Made by a program: the position numbers and the translations under genes | Shown here: piece by piece, positions 57,099 through 64,000 of the stretch | Layout: each line of letters starts with the position of its first letter | How positions within the stretch are numbered: the stretch's first letter is position 1 | The notes under the pieces: model-generated | Seen by the model: only the letters and a program-made list of their open reading frames with translations | Databases searched by the model: none | What the model was told of the DNA's origin: nothing | Source of the DNA: Deltaproteobacteria bacterium | GTDB taxonomy: Bacteria; Myxococcota; Kuafuiibacteriia; Kuafuiibacteriales; Kuafuiibacteriaceae | Assembly (NCBI GenBank): GCA_040218735.1 | Contig: JAVJQW010000023.1 | Coordinates: 1-64,000 of the forward strand | Length of the DNA stretch: 64,000 bases | Direction: 5' to 3'

Positions 57099-58933
57099 CG
57101 CGATTCCCTGGCGAAGAACTCTACTTCGAAACGGGTGCCGGTGGGACTGGACTCGACGCGAATTTCCCCCCCCAGCCGCTCGACCTGACGCTTGACGATG
57201 TACAGCCCCAACCCGTCACCGGACGTCCCTTTCGGGTGCAGCGTGCGGAACATCGCGTAGATCTCGTCGACGTTGTCGGTCGGGATGCCCGCCCCGTTGT
57301 CTTCGACCGCCATGACGATGTTCTCACTCCGCCGCTGGACACCGATCCGTACGAGCGAGGGCTCCCGACTCGGGTCACGATACTTGATCGCGTTGGTCAC
57401 GAGGTTCGACAGGATTTGCACGACGCGAGACCTCGGCACGAGGTAGGCGTCCCTCGTCTCCACGCTGCGTTCGACGGTCACCTCGTTCTGTTCGGCCAGG
57501 GCCCCCAAACTGCTGACGACCTGGTCGACGAGCTGGGAGAGGTCGACCGCCTCCAGCGCGACATCATGGACGTCCGCCGTCGCCGCGCGGAGGCACCCGA
57601 TCACCATGGACTCCAGGACCGCCGCCTGCCGGCCGACCTCCTCCACGTTCTGCGTGGCCTCGTCCAAGGCCCCGGCGCCGATGTCCTCGAGGACGTACGC
57701 GGCGAGACGACGAATCGTCGTCAGAGGCGCCTTGAGATCATGAGAGGTCCGATGTGCGAGCTCGGCGAGCTCCTGGTTGGACCGCTCGAGCTCGGCCCGG
57801 GTGCGCACGATGTCCGAAACGTCCCAGTTCGCGCCGACCATCGTCTCGACCTCGCCGTCGGGACCGCGGTGAAGACTCCCCATCGCGCGGAGGGTTCGGA
57901 CCTCGCTGGTGTCCGGCCAGATGACGCGAAACTGTGTGTCGAACTTCTCGCCGCCTTCGACGGCGCTCTGCAGCTCGGCCACGGTCCGCTCCTTGTCTGC
58001 GGGGTGGAGGCCGTTTTCCCAGGCCTCGTAGGCGCCGGAGAAGTCGGCCGCGGAGCGACCGTAGAGCGCGTACATCTGCGCATCCCAGATCAGTCCCCCC
58101 GTCTTGACGTTCCACTCCCAGACGCCGATGCCCGACGCCTCGAGCGCGACCAACAAACGTGTGTTGAGTCGATCGATCTCGAGCTTGGATTCGACGGCCT
58201 CGGTCACGTCGCTGACCACCCCCGCGACCGCGCGTGGTCCACGGCCACCAGGCACCGGGAACGCGACCATCTGGTACCAGTTCTCGCGACCGTCGAGCTC
58301 GACGCGGAACTCGACGGTGCCGCGGTCTCCCTCACCGGCGGCGCGGAGCGCGGCCTTCACACCTTCGACGTCCTCGGCGCTGACCTTCGACAGGTCGACG
58401 GGTTCGGTTCGCGGCGTCCCGGTGGGTGCGGCGAAGAGCGCGAACATTCCGGGCGACCACTCGATCTCGTCCGGCTCGAAGGTCTGCTTCCAGTGCCCCA
58501 TCCGTGCGAGGCGCTCGGCCTCCAGCATCCGAACGAGGAGCGCCTCTCGTTCGAGCTCGAGGATCTTGCGCTCGTGGATGTCCTCGAACATGCCATGGAG
58601 CGCGACGACCTCGTCCCCTTCGACGATCGCTTCGCCGATCGCACGTACCCAGCGGACGTTGCCCTTGGCCGTTCGGATCCGCAGCTCCACGTCCCAAGGC
58701 TGCCGGTTGGCGATCCCCTCCTCGACGCAGCGCTCGATCGTCGGACGATCGTCCGGCACGTAGTATTGAATACCGTCTTCGAGCGCGATTCGCTTGGAAG
58801 GGTCCTCCTCGTGGATCTGGTAGGTCGTGGCGCTCCAATGACACTCGGCCTTGGCGACATCGACGACCCAGGTCCCGATCCGGCGGGTGCGTTCGAGCAG
58901 GTCGATGAGGCTCCTATTCTGCGCTCCCGTCAC
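57095..58933 (-). CDS. Multi-PAS sensor histidine kinase
   Basis: Three PAS_3-like repeats (IGTW, MGHW, IGVWEW..HPAD); SHDLKAPL, NLVTNAIKY, DNGAGI, GLGL. Confidence 0.92.
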   Translation of the reverse strand: MTGAQNRSLIDLLERTRRIGTWVVDVAKAECHWSATTYQIHEEDPSKRIALEDGIQYYVPDDRPTIERCVEEGIANRQPWDVELRIRTAKGNVRWVRAIGEAIVEGDEVVALHGMFEDIHERKILELEREALLVRMLEAERLARMGHWKQTFEPDEIEWSPGMFALFAAPTGTPRTEPVDLSKVSAEDVEGVKAALRAAGEGDRGTVEFRVELDGRENWYQMVAFPVPGGRGPRAVAGVVSDVTEAVESKLEIDRLNTRLLVALEASGIGVWEWNVKTGGLIWDAQMYALYGRSAADFSGAYEAWENGLHPADKERTVAELQSAVEGGEKFDTQFRVIWPDTSEVRTLRAMGSLHRGPDGEVETMVGANWDVSDIVRTRAELERSNQELAELAHRTSHDLKAPLTTIRRLAAYVLEDIGAGALDEATQNVEEVGRQAAVLESMVIGCLRAATADVHDVALEAVDLSQLVDQVVSSLGALAEQNEVTVERSVETRDAYLVPRSRVVQILSNLVTNAIKYRDPSREPSLVRIGVQRRSENIVMAVEDNGAGIPTDNVDEIYAMFRTLHPKGTSGDGLGLYIVKRQVERLGGEIRVESSPTGTRFEVEFFARESR

Positions 58934-59044
58934 GTTCGCCCTCCCCTACGTCGTCGGACTCCGGCCGAAGACCTGAAGCCGAGTGGGCTCGCACGGGGGA
59001 CGACGTGGCCCATAAACATCCAGCGGCTGCGGTCCGATGCACGC

Positions 59045-60139
59045 CTACTTCCCCTGCAGCAGATAGACGATGATCCCGATGACGATCAGCCCCGCGATCA
59101 CCGCGAGCGCGATCTTCACCGCCGAGTACGGTCGCTCCCCCGCGGGCTCGCCCGTGCGAGCGTTGACGAGGAACCGGTACACCTTGTCGTTGTAGCGGAA
59201 GCTCGAGATCCACAGCGGCAGGAGGAAGTGTTTGAAGCGCACGTCGGAGTGCTGGATTCGCGTGGTGTGGATCCGCTGATCGTCGCCGCCGATGTCGCGG
59301 CGGATCTGGTTGCGGATCACCGGCTCCATGCGATCCTCCGCGACGTCGAAGCCCGCTTCGAGGCCCACGTCGTAGCGGTTCGCGAGGAAGCCGGAGAGGT
59401 AACCCGGCGCGTAGGCGACCAGCGCTTCGAGGTCCCACGGCTCGAGCGCTTCCAACAGCTTCCGCGGCAACGCCGAGGTCGCCGACACCAACACGTCGTC
59501 GAACGAGCAGTACACGGTGCCGAACGCCGGGTACCAGCGCGTCTTCCGTACGCGCCGCGTCTGCCGATCACCGTTGGCGTCCTCGTACTCCTCGGTGACG
59601 TAGTAGTGCTCGCCGCGCTGCCCGGTGTACGAGGTGCGCGTCTCGGAGTCGTAGGTCCAGTACGGGAGGAAGACGCCGTCCATGCCTTCACGGCGCGCGC
59701 GCATCGAGAGATCGTTCGGCGCGAACCACCGCGATGACACCCAGCTCTTGAACGCCTCGCGCGCCTGCTTCTCCTCGACCTGGAACGGCAGCAGGTTCTC
59801 CGGCGTGAAGATCTCCTCGGTGTCCTGCACCATCACCACCGGCGAATCGCAGAACGGACACCGCCCGGCCTCCGACGCCAGCACCGTCCGCGCGCCGCAC
59901 CCGTCGCACCGAACCTCGTGGCCCCCTTCCACCAGGTCCCGCGCGGGGCGTCGCTGCGCCTGCGCGACGGCTTGCGCGAAGTCGTACTCGACGACCGGTT
60001 GGTCGTCCTCGGAGCCGAGTGACTGCTCGTGTCCGCAGTACTCACACTTCAGCCCGCCCTCTCCGGGTGAGAAAACGAGGTTGGCGCCGCACTGCTGACA
60101 GGGGAACTCGTGCTTGGCATCGGGCTGCTCGGGCGTCAT
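59045..60139 (-). CDS. Multi Zn-ribbon membrane protein
   Basis: CQQC, CEYC, CDGC, CPFC; FLPYWTYD; VNARTGE; C-terminal TM. Confidence 0.8.
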   Translation of the reverse strand: MTPEQPDAKHEFPCQQCGANLVFSPGEGGLKCEYCGHEQSLGSEDDQPVVEYDFAQAVAQAQRRPARDLVEGGHEVRCDGCGARTVLASEAGRCPFCDSPVVMVQDTEEIFTPENLLPFQVEEKQAREAFKSWVSSRWFAPNDLSMRARREGMDGVFLPYWTYDSETRTSYTGQRGEHYYVTEEYEDANGDRQTRRVRKTRWYPAFGTVYCSFDDVLVSATSALPRKLLEALEPWDLEALVAYAPGYLSGFLANRYDVGLEAGFDVAEDRMEPVIRNQIRRDIGGDDQRIHTTRIQHSDVRFKHFLLPLWISSFRYNDKVYRFLVNARTGEPAGERPYSAVKIALAVIAGLIVIGIIVYLLQGK

Positions 60140-60244
60140 CGGCGCGCGATGCTAGCGTGACGACGCGCGCGGTGCGACCGGTCGCGCGACATCCCGCGAC
60201 GAGACGTTTCGTCCGCAGCGCCGACGCGGCCTATCCTCACCCGC

Positions 60245-61213
60245 ATGCGCTCCTGGGTGGCTGGGCTGTTCGTCTTCGTCGTGGCGTGCGGCGACAACGA
60301 ACCCGCGTCCGTTCGCGACGCGGGCCCCTCGGTCCGCAACGTCCGCGACGGCGGCCCCGGCGCTCCGCTGCGCGTCGCCTGGCGACGCCTCGAAATCGCG
60401 GGCCCTCCGCCTCGCGGCCAGCCCGCGATCGCGGTGCTCGGCGATCGTGTGGTGCTGTTCGGCGGCGGCGGCTTTCGGCGCGGCACGTTCATGCGCGACA
60501 CGTGGATCTTCGAAGACGACGCCTGGCGCGAAGTCACCACCGCGACGACACCCCCGGCGCGCACCGGCGGCATGATGGCGGCGAACGGCGGACGACTGAT
60601 CCTCTGGGGCGGCCTCGGCGAAGACACCTCCGGACTTACGGTGCACACCGACACCTGGGCCTTCGACGGCGCGAGCTGGTCGCGCGTCGCCGCGACCTCC
60701 GCCCCACAGATCCGACGCGGCGGCGCGGCGATCGTCGGCGACACGATCGTCTCCTACTCGGGACTCGACGACGACCTCGCGCGGAGCACCACCACGTTTG
60801 TGTTCGAAGACGACGACTGGGACGCCCGCGACGTCTCGCCGCGCCCACCCGGCCTCCGCAACAGCGCGATGACCACACTCGACGGGTTCGCGTACCTGCA
60901 CGGCGGCTCTTCGCCCGCCGCCATCGCCGCGGTCTGGCGCTGGGACGGCACGCAGTGGGACGAGGCCGGCGCCTTCGCGACCGGCCGGGCCTACAACGCG
61001 CTCGGCGCCCTCGATGGGCACCTCGTTACGTTCGGCGGCGTCCGCTCCAGCACCTCCACGATCGCGGAGACGGACGCTTGGCCGGGCCCGATCGAGGTCG
61101 TCGGCGCCGAGCCCCCGGGCGACGACGACTACGCGATGGTGAACCGCGGCGACCACGTCCTCATGTGGGGCGGCAATGCGGGCGAGACGTGGCTCCTCGA
61201 GCGCGCGCCCTGA
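60245..61213 (+). CDS. Kelch-repeat lipoprotein
   Basis: Lipobox VVAC; VVLFGG..DTW, ILWGG..DTW, VTFGG repeats. Confidence 0.82.
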   Translation: MRSWVAGLFVFVVACGDNEPASVRDAGPSVRNVRDGGPGAPLRVAWRRLEIAGPPPRGQPAIAVLGDRVVLFGGGGFRRGTFMRDTWIFEDDAWREVTTATTPPARTGGMMAANGGRLILWGGLGEDTSGLTVHTDTWAFDGASWSRVAATSAPQIRRGGAAIVGDTIVSYSGLDDDLARSTTTFVFEDDDWDARDVSPRPPGLRNSAMTTLDGFAYLHGGSSPAAIAAVWRWDGTQWDEAGAFATGRAYNALGALDGHLVTFGGVRSSTSTIAETDAWPGPIEVVGAEPPGDDDYAMVNRGDHVLMWGGNAGETWLLERAP

Positions 61214-61309
61214 ACGACGCCATCTCGCCGCCCATTCCGACGCGCCGGTCGTGCGTGCGCTCGATCATGAGCGTGACAAACCCGCGGGTCTTCGGCACAC
61301 GAAGGAGCC

Positions 61310-62272
61310 ATGAGCCTCGTCGTCAGCCTGATGATCGCCTCCGCCGCATCGGGCCCCTGGTACGAACGCTCGACCTGCGTGGACGCCGCGCAGGCGGTGA
61401 TGTCGGTCGACTTCGAAGGCGCGAGAGCGAAGCTCGCCAAGCTCGACCGCGGCGACGTCGAGGACAAGGCCTGCGCCGTGTGGACGCGCGCGATGCTCGC
61501 CGAGACGGCGCTCGCCGTCGGTGGTCGCCAGCCGCAGCTCCTCGAAGCGCGCCGCAAGAGCCTGTACGCGATGTTCAGCTTCGCGAAGCGCTACCGGAAG
61601 ACGCCGCACCTCGCCGACCTCGCGATCGAAGCGCGCGTCCGCCGCGTGCGTGTCCTCCTCGACGACGGTGAGCGCAAACGCGCGCTCGATGAGACCCGCG
61701 GCGCCGTGAAGATGCTCGAACGCCGCGAAGGCGCGAACAACGCCACGCTCGACTACACCCGCGGCGTCGTGAACATGGCGCTGTCGCAGTCCGGGTGGGG
61801 GATGCGGCTCCTGCTCCAGGTCGCCGGCTTCTCCGGCGACGCGAACCTCGGACGCACTTCCCTCGAACGACTCGCCCAGGGCAAATCGGTTTACTGGTCG
61901 GACGCCCAATACGTTCGTCACTTCTTCACCGTCGAGTCGGACGCGAAGGACACCAACGCCGCGGCGATGATGAAGCGCCTCGTCGACGCCTTCCCCGACA
62001 ACCCGCAGCTCACCTACGAGTACGCGACGGACCTGTTCGTCGCCGGCGACTGCCCCGCGACGCTCGCGACGGTCACGAATCTGAACGCCCGCATCGATTC
62101 GGACCCCGGCCTGTGGTCCAACGACATGCGCGCCAAGCTCTACTGGCTCGGAGGGCGATGCGCCGCCGACGTCGGTCAGCGCGAGCTCGCGATGCGCTGG
62201 GCCAAACGCGCCGACGCGCAGGGCTCGAAGATGATGTCGGACCGCATCGAGGATCTCCTCGACCAGCTCTGA
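61310..62272 (+). CDS. Secreted all-helical, TPR-like hypothetical protein
   Basis: SD GGAG before ATG 61310; short signal-like N-terminus; LVDAFPDNP helical repeat. Confidence 0.65.
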   Translation: MSLVVSLMIASAASGPWYERSTCVDAAQAVMSVDFEGARAKLAKLDRGDVEDKACAVWTRAMLAETALAVGGRQPQLLEARRKSLYAMFSFAKRYRKTPHLADLAIEARVRRVRVLLDDGERKRALDETRGAVKMLERREGANNATLDYTRGVVNMALSQSGWGMRLLLQVAGFSGDANLGRTSLERLAQGKSVYWSDAQYVRHFFTVESDAKDTNAAAMMKRLVDAFPDNPQLTYEYATDLFVAGDCPATLATVTNLNARIDSDPGLWSNDMRAKLYWLGGRCAADVGQRELAMRWAKRADAQGSKMMSDRIEDLLDQL

Positions 62273-62279
62273 TTCGAAT

Positions 62280-63320
62280 TCAGCCGCGGCACTGGCAGAT
62301 GATGTCGAAGCGCGTCGCCAGCGAAGGCGGCACCTCCGCGCACGTCTCGAGGCGGCCGATGTCGTCCTCCGTCTCGAAGCACCCGGCGACCACGTCGGTC
62401 GCGGCGCGACAGTGGAAGCGGTGCGGCTCGCAGGTGAGCGCGACGCTCGCGCAGAACTGCTGGCACGAGACCTCGGAGTTGTGGAAGACGCTGTAGCGGC
62501 AGACGCCGACCTCACATGCGCCTTCCGAGCGCGGCGGTTGGCGGGCGGAGCACGTGACACCGCAGCCGCCGCAGTTCGCTTCGTCCGTAGTGAGTGAGAC
62601 ACACCGGCCGCCGCACGCCGCGAGCGCCGGGTCGTGACATTGGAGTTGGATCGCCAGGTCGCGCGAGGTCCGTTGACCTGCGACGTCGAAGAACTGCGCG
62701 GTGAACACCCGCGGCGCCCCGCCGGGCGCGAGCTCGATCGTGCGCACCGCGTCCATCTGGTTCCACGTGAGCGAGATCGTGTAGGCGCCTTCCGACGCCG
62801 ACGTCGCGAAGGTCCCGTAGGTCGCGCCGTCCGAGATGAGCTGTCCTCCGATGACGTCGTCGATGCCGTCGGGGTCGGTCACTATCGCGGAGAACACCAC
62901 GGCGCCTCCGGGGCGCACCGTGGTGACGTCCGAGGAGAAGTCGAGGATCCTCGGCGGCGACATCCCTTCGACGACGACACACGCCCCGGCCGCGTCGCAG
63001 CTCCCTTCGGTGCACGCGCCACACGACGTCCCGCACACCGGATCCGGCCCACAGACACGCGCGCCACACTCCGGCGTGCAGGGCGCCGCGCCGCACGCCG
63101 TGACGTCGTGCTCTCGACACCCGAACGCACACGACAACGTCCCCGGTCCGAAGCCGAGCGCCTCGCAGGTGCCGCCGCCCAGGTCGTCGCCGTCGCACAC
63201 CTCCGAAGGGTCGAGGACACCGTTGCCACAGAGACCGGGGACGATCGTCCCGGGGTCTCGGCGCTCGGATCCGCAGGCGACGAGGAGCAAACAGACCAAG
63301 AGGCGTCGAAGCGATCGCAT
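62280..63320 (-). CDS. Cys-rich myxobacterial-type lipoprotein
   Basis: Lipobox LVAC; CGNGVLD..EVCDG, CGPDPVCGTSCG, CVSLTTDEANCGGCG; VTDPDGIDD Ig-like module. Confidence 0.78.
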   Translation of the reverse strand: MRSLRRLLVCLLLVACGSERRDPGTIVPGLCGNGVLDPSEVCDGDDLGGGTCEALGFGPGTLSCAFGCREHDVTACGAAPCTPECGARVCGPDPVCGTSCGACTEGSCDAAGACVVVEGMSPPRILDFSSDVTTVRPGGAVVFSAIVTDPDGIDDVIGGQLISDGATYGTFATSASEGAYTISLTWNQMDAVRTIELAPGGAPRVFTAQFFDVAGQRTSRDLAIQLQCHDPALAACGGRCVSLTTDEANCGGCGVTCSARQPPRSEGACEVGVCRYSVFHNSEVSCQQFCASVALTCEPHRFHCRAATDVVAGCFETEDDIGRLETCAEVPPSLATRFDIICQCRG

Positions 63321-63401
63321 CGCTGTCGGGGTACGTCGCGCGAGCCCAACCGGACGTTGCGCCGGGATCCCCGTTCGGGACATTCGTCGTAGACTCTGCG
63401 G

Positions 63402-64000
63402 ATGGCCAAGTCCGACGCCAAGAAGATCGCGGGTCACCTCGCAGGCCTGACCAGTCGCAGCGAGAACAAACGGCTCCGCGATCTGAGCGCGCTCCGTGAG
63501 CTGCTATTCGCCCCCGGCGTCTGGACCGACGCGGGCGTCGACGCCCTCCCCCGCCTCGTCGAGATCGCGGCGAGCGCCGCCCCGAAAGCCCAACGCGGCG
63601 CCGTCCTGTTACTCGCCGCGGACACGTACACCGCCGGGCACTTCAACGACGTCGGCGCCGGCCTCGACGGCGCGATCGGCGAAGCGTTCGAGAGCGGCCT
63701 CGGCCTACGGGCGGCGCAGATCGGGGCGTCGCTGCGCGCAGACATCGCCGCGTTGGTCGGCGACGACGACGCACGTGTCCGCGCGGCCGCGGCGTTGATG
63801 CTCGCGTTCGTTTCGAGCGAACGTGAAGCCTCCCTCGCCGCGATCGCCGACCAGCTCGCGACCGAGTCGAGCGCCCCGGCGGCCGCCTCGCTCGCGATCG
63901 CGTACGGCCTCCTCGCCCGCACCACGGAGTCGCCGGACTGGGCGCCACTGGAACGACGACTCGAAGACGACGACGACCTCGTGCGCGCAGCGACGCGGAT
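63402..64000 (+). CDS. HEAT-repeat protein, truncated by the window end
   Basis: Open frame from ATG 63402 (MAKSDAKK..) to the end; LVGDDDARVRAAAALML, LEDDDDLVRAA. Confidence 0.7.
   Translation, partial: MAKSDAKKIAGHLAGLTSRSENKRLRDLSALRELLFAPGVWTDAGVDALPRLVEIAASAAPKAQRGAVLLLAADTYTAGHFNDVGAGLDGAIGEAFESGLGLRAAQIGASLRADIAALVGDDDARVRAAAALMLAFVSSEREASLAAIADQLATESSAPAAASLAIAYGLLARTTESPDWAPLERRLEDDDDLVRAATR

Overview
High-GC bacterial chromosomal segment with a Myxococcota-like gene set: two Hanks-type Ser/Thr kinases, PEGA, MYXO-CTERM, MopE-repeat and vWA lipoproteins, FHA, MshEN and PilZ proteins. It holds about 59 densely packed CDSs. Housekeeping genes include gcdH-like, tmk, moaC, hemW-hrcA-grpE-dnaK, asd and xdhAB. 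I saw no rRNA, tRNA, CRISPR array, integrase or transposase. Standout observations: (1) an intronless, near full-length homologue of the eukaryotic protein arginine methyltransferase PRMT5 (40732-42360), between a lytic transglycosylase and a hybrid histidine kinase; (2) an ECF sigma factor fused to ankyrin repeats and a catalytically degenerate F1-ATPase beta-like domain (27232-28920); (3) a MITE-like inverted-repeat element in two copies, one carrying a nested 79-bp hairpin insertion; (4) two convergent genes that both lack a stop at their junction, where one added base would restore both stops. All calls come from reading motifs by eye, with no database searches. Some start codons were moved downstream of the ORF-track starts and are best guesses.
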